Part shown: positions 31,075-37,568 of the stretch, piece after piece | How the letters are laid out: each line of letters begins with the position of its first letter | How positions within the stretch are numbered: position 1 is the first letter of the stretch | DNA from: Candidatus Saccharimonadota bacterium | GTDB taxonomy: Bacteria > Patescibacteriota > Saccharimonadia > Saccharimonadales > Saccharimonadaceae | DNA length: 37,568 bases | NCBI GenBank assembly: GCA_028289185.1 | Contig: JAQGGV010000003.1 | Location: 1 to 37,568, forward strand | Direction: 5' to 3' | Notes under the pieces: generated by a model | Told to the model about the DNA's origin: nothing | The model's input: only the letters and a program-made list of their open reading frames with translations | Database searches by the model: none | Made by a program: the position numbers and the translations under genes

Positions 31075-32688
31075 ATGGGAGAGACGTCAACTATGGATTC
31101 TGAGAAGAAATCGAAACAGAAATTTATTTTCGTTACCGGAGGAGTCCTATCAGGGGTAGGTAAAGGTATCAGTGCAGCTAGTATTGGTGCAGTCCTGCAG
31201 GCCAAAGGTGTAAACGTCTCAATTCAAAAATGTGACCCGTATCTGAATGTGGATGCGGGTCTTTTGAACCCCGCCGAACACGGCGAGTGTTTCGTGACAA
31301 TTGATGGTGCCGAAACGGACTTGGACCTTGGTCACTACGAGCGTTTTTTGGATTTGGAACTCACACAGAAAAACGCGACGTTATCAGGCCGTCTGTTGTC
31401 ACAATTGATTATGGACGAACGTGCAGGTAAGTTTGGTGGCAAAACCGTCCAATTGGTGCCACACCTGACAGGAGCTATCCAGGACGCTATCCAGCTGGCT
31501 GCTGATGGAAGTGATGTACATATCGTCGAAATCGGTGGTACGGTCGGTGACTATGAGGGCCTGAGCTTTGTAGAGGCGATTCGTGAATTTGCGGCACGTG
31601 TTGGTCGCGAGAATTGTCTGTATGTGCACGTTGTGTATGTGCCGTTTATCGGGACTAGCAAGGAATTCAAGACAAAACCGGCGCAAAACGCGCTCAATGA
31701 CCTGCGCGGATTTGGTATTGTGCCTGACTGCGTGATTGTGCGTACCGATGACCCTGCGCCAGAGAACGTTGCTGGCAAAATTAGCCAATTTAGTGGTGTA
31801 CGTGAGGACGCGGTTATCTTGCTGTCGAATGCCAAGACCGTGTTTAAGGTGCCGCAACTTATCGCCGCCAGTGGCATCAATGATGTCCTGACCAGGTTTA
31901 CCGGCAACGACAACGTGCCCGACCTCAGTAAGTGGGACAAAATTATCGAGGCGCAGGCAAAGCAGTATGATAAAACAGTTACCGTCGGCTTGGTCGCCAA
32001 ATACATGGACAACGAGGACACGTATATATCTGTTCTCGAGGCGCTCAAAGCGGCTGCTTGGCAAGAGGACGTTGGCCTCGATATCAAATGGATTAACGCT
32101 GAAACTGCAGCCGATGAGGATTTTAACTCTGTCGATGGACTCGTCGTTCCTGGGGGATTTGGTGAACGCGGTGTACCTGGCAAAATTAATGCTGCGATGT
32201 ATGCACTTGATCACAAAAAGCCGTACCTTGGTCTCTGTTTGGGGCTACAGGTTGCGGTTGTTGCGGCAGCTCGTCGAAGTGGCCTCGCAGACGCCAATAG
32301 CACCGAATTTGACGCTAACACGCCCAACAATGTCGTCTATATCATGGAGGGTCAGCAAGGCAAGGAATCAACTGGTGGCACGCTGCGTCTGGGTAACTAC
32401 GACGCCAAGCTCTATGACGGCACCAAAGTTGCCGAGGCTTACGGGGTAACTGATGTTGTTGAGCGCCACCGTCACCGCTATGAGGTGAACCAATCGTTTA
32501 CAGAAGCCATTAATAACGGTGGACTGCAGATTAGCGGTACATCCCCGGATGGTAAATTGGTTGAATTCGTCGAAGCATCGGATCACCCCTACATGGTCGC
32601 TACGCAGGCTCACCCAGAACTCAAATCTCGTCCAAATCGCCCACACCCTCTGTTCGTCGGTTTGATTCGCGCAGCCAAGCAGGTATAA
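31075..32688 (+). CDS. pyrG: CTP synthase
   Basis: KFIFVTGGVLSGVGKGI, DPYLNVDAG, GATase GLCLGLQ, HRHRYEVN. An alternative ATG lies at 31093. Confidence 0.95.
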   Translation: MGETSTMDSEKKSKQKFIFVTGGVLSGVGKGISAASIGAVLQAKGVNVSIQKCDPYLNVDAGLLNPAEHGECFVTIDGAETDLDLGHYERFLDLELTQKNATLSGRLLSQLIMDERAGKFGGKTVQLVPHLTGAIQDAIQLAADGSDVHIVEIGGTVGDYEGLSFVEAIREFAARVGRENCLYVHVVYVPFIGTSKEFKTKPAQNALNDLRGFGIVPDCVIVRTDDPAPENVAGKISQFSGVREDAVILLSNAKTVFKVPQLIAASGINDVLTRFTGNDNVPDLSKWDKIIEAQAKQYDKTVTVGLVAKYMDNEDTYISVLEALKAAAWQEDVGLDIKWINAETAADEDFNSVDGLVVPGGFGERGVPGKINAAMYALDHKKPYLGLCLGLQVAVVAAARRSGLADANSTEFDANTPNNVVYIMEGQQGKESTGGTLRLGNYDAKLYDGTKVAEAYGVTDVVERHRHRYEVNQSFTEAINNGGLQISGTSPDGKLVEFVEASDHPYMVATQAHPELKSRPNRPHPLFVGLIRAAKQV

Positions 32689-32823
32689 TAACCCCAGAAT
32701 ATGGCGATTCTTCAAGTAGCACCGGGAACGCACACCCGGTAAGCGCGAAGCCAAAAGATATTCGTGTGCACTATAGCGGTCGGTCGATAGCTATAGTCAT
32801 AACAATCTAACGGAGAAACGACT

Positions 32824-33015
32824 ATGTCAGATGACAAAAAGTCACTCTCAGAGCGTCACGCGGAACATCGTGAAGAAAACTGGGACTGGAACGCTCATAT
32901 GAAAAACTGGCGCTCCTGGGGAAGTTGGTTCAGCTGGGGTTCACCAGTTGGGCTGGGACTCTTCCTTGTTCTCACAGCTGTTGCCACGTGGATTTTCTTC
33001 CACGCTGCTAAGTAG
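32824..33015 (+). CDS. Small Trp-rich single-TM protein (63 aa)
   Basis: SD GGAGAA upstream. Contains NWDWNAHMKNWRSWGSWFSWGS followed by the TM segment LGLFLVLTAVATWIFF. A terminator follows. Confidence 0.5.
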   Translation: MSDDKKSLSERHAEHREENWDWNAHMKNWRSWGSWFSWGSPVGLGLFLVLTAVATWIFFHAAK

Positions 33016-33032
33016 CCGCCAAATTGCCAATG

Positions 33033-33053
33033 CAGCCCTTTGGGGCTGTTTTG
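33033..33053 (+). terminator. Intrinsic terminator
   Basis: CAGCCC tttg GGGCTG followed by TTTT. Confidence 0.65.
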
Positions 33054-33058
33054 GTATC

Positions 33059-33087
33059 TTGACAGGAGTAAGCACAAGTGCTATAGT
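33059..33087 (+). promoter_or_regulatory. Near-consensus sigma70-type promoter
   Basis: TTGACA (33059-33064), 17-nt spacer, TATAGT (33082-33087). Confidence 0.6.
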
Positions 33088-33114
33088 GACTGTAAAGGTT
33101 ATATAAACAAACAG

Positions 33115-33312
33115 ATGCAACAAGACGATCCAGCCAATGACCCACTAAACTACCACGATGATAATCGTGTCCTGCGTTATTTGCTGCACAACGTGAAAGG
33201 TCTGAGCCCAGTATCAGGCGGTGTTCTAGGGGAAGCCCTGGAAAACGAATACGAGAGTGCTGAAGATGATGCGGCTGCAGGCCAAGATCTCGACTTCGGC
33301 TCTGACGTTTAA
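33115..33312 (+). CDS. Small acidic hypothetical protein (65 aa)
   Basis: In frame with ORF 33040..33312, but the start is moved to ATG 33115, downstream of the promoter. Product: MQQDDPANDPLNYHDDNRVLRYLLHNVKGLSPV...DLDFGSDV. No clear SD. Confidence 0.35.
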   Translation: MQQDDPANDPLNYHDDNRVLRYLLHNVKGLSPVSGGVLGEALENEYESAEDDAAAGQDLDFGSDV

Positions 33313-33342
33313 ACCCCTTCTCAATCTGTTATACTATGAGCA

Positions 33343-35007
33343 ATGGAACAGAAAATTGCTCAGCTTGTATTTGATGAATTCGGCCAACAGGTCGAAGTTG
33401 CTCTGACGCGACCCGATGCCGAATTTGGCGACTATGCGACCAACGTCGCACTGCAACTTGCAGGCAAGGTCGGTAAAGCGCCCAGAGAAATCGCCGAACA
33501 GCTGGCAAGCAAAATTCGCGATACTGATGGCTTCGCTGACGTAACCGTCGCGGGACCGGGCTTTATCAACATTCATCTCGAGCCTCAGCAGTTGCTAGAA
33601 CTTGTCAAAAGTGAGCCAACTCCACAATATCCTGGACAGGTAATTGTCCTCGAATATAGTTGCCCGAATGCGTTCAAGGAACTGCACACCGGGCATCTAT
33701 ACCAGACAGTTTTTGGCGACATCCTCAGTAGGCTTCTGCTTGTCAGCGGAGCCAAACTACAGCGGACGAGTTTTGGCGGTGATGTAGGGCTGCACGTCGC
33801 GAAATGTCTGTACGGCATGGTGCAAAACTTTGGAGGCGAGTACCCAGAGAAACTCGAAACGATAGATACTGATCCATTTGAACGAGCCCGCTGGATTAGT
33901 GAGCGATATGTCGAGGGAGCGAGCGCCTACGAGGATAATCCTGATGCAAAAGCGACCATCGATGAGTTGAACAAGACGATATATGGTTTCCACGACAGCG
34001 ATGATCACGAGTCGCCACTGGCAAAAATATACTGGGAAACAAGGCAGTGGAGCTTTGATTATTTCGATGCTTTTTACAAATTAATCGACGTTGATTCTAT
34101 GCCGTACTACCCGGAGAGTGCGACAGCTCCAACTGGCCTCAAGGTCGTCAAAGAACAACTAGCCCTGGGTAAATTAAAGGAATCAGAAGGCGCTATTGTA
34201 TTTGAAGGTGACGAAGACAAACACCTGCACACACGCGTATTTATCACATCCAAAGGTCTACCAACGTACGAAACGAAAGATATCGGGGTTATTTGGCAAG
34301 AGCGTGAAGATTATCATTTTGACCACCGTTATCTGATCACGGGCAACGATCAGCGTGAGTATATGCGCGTCGTGTTTGCTGCGGCTGAGACATTCGATCC
34401 ATCGCTGTCGGGGACGATGACACATCTGACAAATGGCACCGTCCGATTTGCTGATGGCAAAAAAATGAGCTCGCGATTGGGAAATGTAGCACGGGCGATT
34501 GATGTCGTCGATATTGTTCGTGAAAAGGTGGCAGAAATTGTCGAGGACAAATCAATTATTGAAGACGTGACGCTCGGCGCGATCAAGTACGTCTTTGCAA
34601 AGTATAAATTAGGCGGAGATATCGCCTTTGATATCGAGGAAACGGTCAGTTTGCAGGGTAACTCTGGCCCGTATTTGCAATACGCACATGCACGTGCCAG
34701 GCGTATTTTGGAAAAAGCTGGTGGAGTTGTCGTGTCACTTGATGAGGTCCGCGACGAGGATCGTTTGCTGGTACGAAAGCTTGGGGAATATAGTGAAACT
34801 ATTGAACTGGCCGCAAAAAATTTGGAACCGCATCACATCTGTAATTACCTGTTTGAACTGGCGCAAGAGTTCAACCGCTACTACGAAAAAAACCAAGTCA
34901 TCGGCAATGAACACGAGCAGCACCGTTTGGGCCTGGTTGCGACTTATGCCGATACACTGCGCGCCGGATTGATGATTCTCGGTATTGCAGCACCCGACAA
35001 AATGTAG
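33343..35007 (+). CDS. argS: Arginyl-tRNA synthetase
   Basis: Class I HIGH variant PNAFKELHTGHL, KMSKS-like GKKMSSRLGN, and a C-terminal DALR-type anticodon-binding region (HHICNYLFELAQEFNRYY). Confidence 0.93.
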   Translation: MEQKIAQLVFDEFGQQVEVALTRPDAEFGDYATNVALQLAGKVGKAPREIAEQLASKIRDTDGFADVTVAGPGFINIHLEPQQLLELVKSEPTPQYPGQVIVLEYSCPNAFKELHTGHLYQTVFGDILSRLLLVSGAKLQRTSFGGDVGLHVAKCLYGMVQNFGGEYPEKLETIDTDPFERARWISERYVEGASAYEDNPDAKATIDELNKTIYGFHDSDDHESPLAKIYWETRQWSFDYFDAFYKLIDVDSMPYYPESATAPTGLKVVKEQLALGKLKESEGAIVFEGDEDKHLHTRVFITSKGLPTYETKDIGVIWQEREDYHFDHRYLITGNDQREYMRVVFAAAETFDPSLSGTMTHLTNGTVRFADGKKMSSRLGNVARAIDVVDIVREKVAEIVEDKSIIEDVTLGAIKYVFAKYKLGGDIAFDIEETVSLQGNSGPYLQYAHARARRILEKAGGVVVSLDEVRDEDRLLVRKLGEYSETIELAAKNLEPHHICNYLFELAQEFNRYYEKNQVIGNEHEQHRLGLVATYADTLRAGLMILGIAAPDKM

Positions 35008-35125
35008 TAAATTAAACATATGGGATATACATCTCGCCAAAACTCAATCGTTTGCAGCCTCGTGCTCGTGATTATTGACGTACCGGCGAGTTAGTTTTTG
35101 CGCATTCCCAACCCAAGCATGAACG

Positions 35126-35152
35126 ACTCGCCAAGAAGGCGAGTATTTTTTT
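35126..35152 (+). terminator. Intrinsic terminator downstream of argS
   Basis: ACTCGCC aagaa GGCGAGT, then A and TTTTTTT. Oriented for the plus strand only. Confidence 0.7.
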
Positions 35153-35214
35153 GCTCGGAGCGCACGCACCGCATAGCGACCGCTAGCGGAACAACAATTT
35201 GGAGGAGAAGTACG

Positions 35215-35571
35215 GTGAAGCAACACCTTGGCGAAAGCCTTGAGGAGATCGACCTTCGGGTATACCTCTGCGTAGCGAGTGGCGAGAACAAAGTCATTCA
35301 CTACACGAAGAACTGCTCGAGGGATCTGTTCAACAAGTTGAAGATCGCGTACCGATTCAATAGCGACGTGTTCAACTCGTTGAAGAGACTCGAAAACTCG
35401 GGTTGCATCAGACGGGAGTTCATCCAACTCCACCCGAAAGAGGTAAAGCGGAAGATTTACTCGGCGCAGACGAAGGTCGTCATCACGGCCATTCGCCCGC
35501 CGATTCCGCCCAAAGACGAGAGCAAGCTTGTGGCCACCCCGCCCATGCTCGCCACCGTTGGTGTCGGCTAG
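35215..35571 (+). CDS. Possible PadR-like winged-helix protein (118 aa) in a GC-rich islet; strand assignment uncertain
   Basis: GGAGGAG (35201-35207) lies 7 nt before GTG 35215. FNSLKRLENSGCIRREFIQLHPKEVKRKIYSAQTK resembles the PadR wing pattern (LxRLExxGxI...rkrkxYxlT). A codon-aligned antisense ORF (35044..35433) also exists. Confidence 0.4.
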   Translation: MKQHLGESLEEIDLRVYLCVASGENKVIHYTKNCSRDLFNKLKIAYRFNSDVFNSLKRLENSGCIRREFIQLHPKEVKRKIYSAQTKVVITAIRPPIPPKDESKLVATPPMLATVGVG

Positions 35572-35618
35572 AACTCCGACAAGGTCTTACGTAGCTGCTT
35601 ACCCAGCGGATACGTAGG

Positions 35619-35657
35619 GGTGGTCGGGAGAAGCGTAACATGCCTCTCCCGACCACC
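35619..35657. repeat. Strong 13-bp-stem hairpin without a U-tract
   Basis: GGTGGTCGGGAGA (35619-35631) and TCTCCCGACCACC (35645-35657) around a 13-nt loop. A second, imperfect hairpin lies at about 35586-35617 (CTTACGTAGCTG...CAGCGGATACGTAGG). Confidence 0.6.
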
Positions 35658-35736
35658 AACACCAAACTTCTCCTCCTTTACTCCCACTCATTTTTCGATA
35701 CAATAACAGATATACAGTTAATACAGGAGTATCACT

Positions 35737-36174
35737 ATGGCAGACGATAAATCAGTAAAAAAACCATCCAAAGCCGCCGCCGCACGAGCAAAAGCCGCCG
35801 CTGCGCGTTCCAGGGCAGCCGCCGCATCATCAAGGGCAAACGCAGTGACTCATGGCCATGGCGGGGGATTCATCGAATTTATCCGTACTCAGGGCGTCAT
35901 CGGCCTGGCTGTAGGTTTGGCCATTGGTACCGCCGCGGGCGCATCAGTCAAAGCAATTGTCGCTGGCTTCATTAATCCAATCGTGCAGTTTATCATTGGA
36001 TCTCAGGATGGTCTGGATTCTGCTTCGTGGCACGTCGTTCTGTGGGGTCGCAAAGCTGACTTTTTGTGGGGCGCGGCGATTTCATCGGTCATTACCTTGC
36101 TGGCAACGGCACTAGTCATTTACTGGATTATCAATATATTCAAACTAGATAAACTCGACAAGAAAAAGGACTGA
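35737..36174 (+). CDS. mscL: Large-conductance mechanosensitive channel MscL with an Ala/Arg/Lys-rich N-terminal extension
   Basis: FIEFIRTQGVIGLAVGLAIGTAAGASVKAIVAGFINPIV matches the MscL TM1 region. A second TM and a charged C-terminus follow. About 40 extra N-terminal residues (KKPSKAAAARAKAAAARSRAAAASSRA). Confidence 0.85.
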   Translation: MADDKSVKKPSKAAAARAKAAAARSRAAAASSRANAVTHGHGGGFIEFIRTQGVIGLAVGLAIGTAAGASVKAIVAGFINPIVQFIIGSQDGLDSASWHVVLWGRKADFLWGAAISSVITLLATALVIYWIINIFKLDKLDKKKD

Positions 36175-36201
36175 ACATTCATAGAAAGGTATAATAAGTA
36201 T

Positions 36202-36597
36202 ATGAAGATTGATAAAACCGAGAGCGAGTGGGAAGACGAACTAACGCCCGAGCAATACCATGTGCTGCGCGAAAAGGGTACAGAGCCGGCGTTTACGGGC
36301 GAATATGATAGTTTTTATGAACCAGGATCGTACAGCTGCGGTGCCTGCGGAACAAAATTATTCAATAGTGATACAAAATTCAACTCACATTCCGGGTGGC
36401 CGAGTTTTTATGATGCCATTCCTGGTACCGTCGTCCTTACGTCAGACGATAGCGGCGGCATGGTCCGCACGGAAGTGACTTGTGCGACTTGCGGTAGTCA
36501 CCTCGGTCATGTTTTTGAAGGCGAAGGCCTCGGTAACCCAACCGACCAGCGCTACTGTATTAACTCGTTGAGTCTCAAATTTGACCCGAGCAAATAA
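36202..36597 (+). CDS. msrB: Peptide-methionine (R)-S-oxide reductase
   Basis: SelR motifs: CGACGTKLF, GWPSF, CATCGSHLGHVF, RYCINS. Confidence 0.93.
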   Translation: MKIDKTESEWEDELTPEQYHVLREKGTEPAFTGEYDSFYEPGSYSCGACGTKLFNSDTKFNSHSGWPSFYDAIPGTVVLTSDDSGGMVRTEVTCATCGSHLGHVFEGEGLGNPTDQRYCINSLSLKFDPSK

Positions 36598-36598
36598 A

Positions 36599-37438
36599 TT
36601 ATTTTTTCTTTGCTGATTCAGGCACCATAGTCACAAGGTGCTTCTTTGGCAATTCGCTATATCCGGGTTCGGCCCGCACCTTGCGATCGAGCAGGTCAAA
36701 AATCTCACGAAATGATGCAGCAATTTGCGGTGACTCTATAATCATTCCCACAAGTTCGTTACCGAGCGATACGATGGATAGTTTATTGCCGTAGACAGTC
36801 CACTCGACCGGTTCGTTGAGGTCATTTTCGTGCAGCCATGTCCGGGTTGTTTGCATGATTTCATCTGACTCATTAACTGGCATTGTCGGTTCTCCCGCGG
36901 GGATGAGCGGGTCGTTGTCAGGAAAGAGCATGCGACGATTGATATGGCGCTTTGGGAACTCGTTTCTGAGTTGATGTGTGCCATGCGGACCCAGCATATC
37001 TTCTAGTTTTGTAGAAGGAATAAGCGATAGAGGCTGTCCGGTTTTTAGTTGATCCTCGTATACCTTTTTAACGCCATCGACGCCGTTAAAATAACGGATA
37101 GAGGGTTGTTCAGAATGTTTGAAATATTCGTCGATCATAGGAGGCAATGAATCTTGGAAGCGCTTTTCGGCTGCTTCGACTTCTGAGCGCTGCTTTTTGA
37201 GGTTCTCTAACAGGTTTGAGGGATTGTTTGCCCAATAGCGCAGCTTTTTTTGTGTCTCGTCGCGTGATACCAAGCCTTTTTCCTCTAGTGTATCGAGGAG
37301 CTTATAGGTATTCGTTCGACTCTCGCCTGCCATATCTGCGAGCTTGGGAGGAGGGCAGGGGCTGTTTTTTACCAAAATCGCGTAAATTGCAGCTTCGGCT
37401 TTTGTGAGACCGGCTTCTTGCAGGATTTCTTCGTTCAT
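36599..37438 (-). CDS. TrmB-family-like transcriptional regulator (wHTH plus C-terminal effector domain)
   Basis: MNEEILQEAGLTKAEAAIYAILVKNSPCPPPKLADMAGESRTNTYKLLDTLEEKGLVSRD resembles the TrmB N-terminal wHTH. Start trimmed to ATG 37438. The upstream part of ORF 36599..37558 is AT-rich promoter DNA. Confidence 0.7.
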   Translation of the reverse strand: MNEEILQEAGLTKAEAAIYAILVKNSPCPPPKLADMAGESRTNTYKLLDTLEEKGLVSRDETQKKLRYWANNPSNLLENLKKQRSEVEAAEKRFQDSLPPMIDEYFKHSEQPSIRYFNGVDGVKKVYEDQLKTGQPLSLIPSTKLEDMLGPHGTHQLRNEFPKRHINRRMLFPDNDPLIPAGEPTMPVNESDEIMQTTRTWLHENDLNEPVEWTVYGNKLSIVSLGNELVGMIIESPQIAASFREIFDLLDRKVRAEPGYSELPKKHLVTMVPESAKKK

Positions 37439-37465
37439 ATCTGAAAGTATAACATATTTATTTGA

Positions 37466-37490
37466 TTTTGTGAAGTATAAATTCACAAAA
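37466..37490. promoter_or_regulatory. Perfect 9-bp inverted repeat overlapping the -35 of the TrmB-like gene (candidate auto-operator)
   Basis: TTTTGTGAA gtataaa TTCACAAAA. On the minus strand: TTCACA (-35-like), 17-nt spacer, TATACT (37446-37451), then 7 nt to the ATG. Confidence 0.5.
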
Positions 37491-37535
37491 TAGTTAATAA
37501 CAGATGTAGCATTTGTATAAAATAAGAAATATGTA

Positions 37536-37564
37536 TTGACAAAATATGATAAATACACTATAAT
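37536..37564 (+). promoter_or_regulatory. Consensus sigma70-type promoter reading out of the window
   Basis: TTGACA (37536-37541), 17-nt spacer, TATAAT (37559-37564). Confidence 0.6.
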
Positions 37565-37568
37565 AACT

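Noticed and set aside
31399-32214. 271-aa and 210-aa ORFs antisense to pyrG
   Set aside because: These are shadow frames inside a highly conserved CTP synthase gene, with no recognisable motifs or expression signals.
35044-35433. 129-aa minus-strand ORF downstream of argS
   Set aside because: It has no SD and only a GTG start. Its C-terminal third would read through the plus-strand intrinsic terminator at 35126-35152. It is codon-aligned antisense to a plus-strand ORF that has a strong SD and a PadR-like motif. I keep it only as the less likely alternative, because the strand call is not certain.
1-37568. UGA recoding (genetic code 4 or 25)
   Set aside because: All long conserved genes (valS, groEL, nrdA, pyrG, argS, zwf and the kinase) are uninterrupted under the standard code, so there are no in-frame TGA codons. 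TGA rarity is reported as a usage skew only.
1-37568. CRISPR arrays, transposases or integrases, prophage, toxin-antitoxin or known defence systems
   Set aside because: There are no arrays of regularly spaced direct repeats. No ORF carries DDE, tyrosine- or serine-recombinase, Cas, restriction-modification or classical TA motifs. The only mobile-element-like signal is the inverted-repeat-bracketed islet at 2487-3013.

Overview
A gene-dense, roughly 49% GC stretch of bacterial chromosome, mostly housekeeping genes. The content suggests a reduced-genome monoderm, plausibly Saccharibacteria/Patescibacteria-like, but that taxon call is inference only. It rests on two FemAB-family transferases, an N-terminally truncated MurE-like ligase, TsaD/TsaC, an LPXTG surface protein, an archaeal-type bifunctional PGI/PMI and very short intergenic spacers. 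In order, the window holds: valS (5' part, missing from the ORF track), femAB-like, tsaD-tsaC, murE-like, a membrane protein translationally coupled to an orphan histidine kinase, and a second femAB-like gene. Next come a degenerate stand-alone PGM domain, groES-groEL behind a CIRCE-like operator, a DUF4143 ATPase and a block of proline-rich/LPXTG surface proteins. These are followed by pgi/pmi, a MacB-like ABC pair, tRNA-Ser(GGA), a wHTH-Nudix-like regulator and a TMEM175-like channel. A nucleotide-metabolism cluster follows (NrdR boxes, nrdA, 57-codon ORF, nrdB, CYTH, zwf, pyrG). The window ends with argS, mscL, msrB and a TrmB-like regulator. Most notable observations: (1) NrdA has no C-terminal redox cysteine pair, while an unannotated 57-codon ORF between nrdA and nrdB ends in CEGCQ, so the tail may be encoded in trans. 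(2) NrdB has an R2c-like ligand set (Phe at the radical-Tyr site, Glu as first ligand) plus an unusual Asp at the E238-equivalent position. (3) At least 16 genes carry a -10 hexamer 6-8 nt upstream of the start codon, which suggests widespread leaderless mRNAs. (4) Three roughly 60% GC islets each carry one SD-led small ORF, and one islet is bracketed by 14-bp inverted repeats. (5) There is a nested-helix RNA-like element upstream of valS, a structured leader in front of tRNA-Ser, and a pair of translationally coupled micro-ORFs. I saw no CRISPR array, transposase, integrase, rRNA or obvious defence system. All family assignments come from motifs read by eye, not from database searches.
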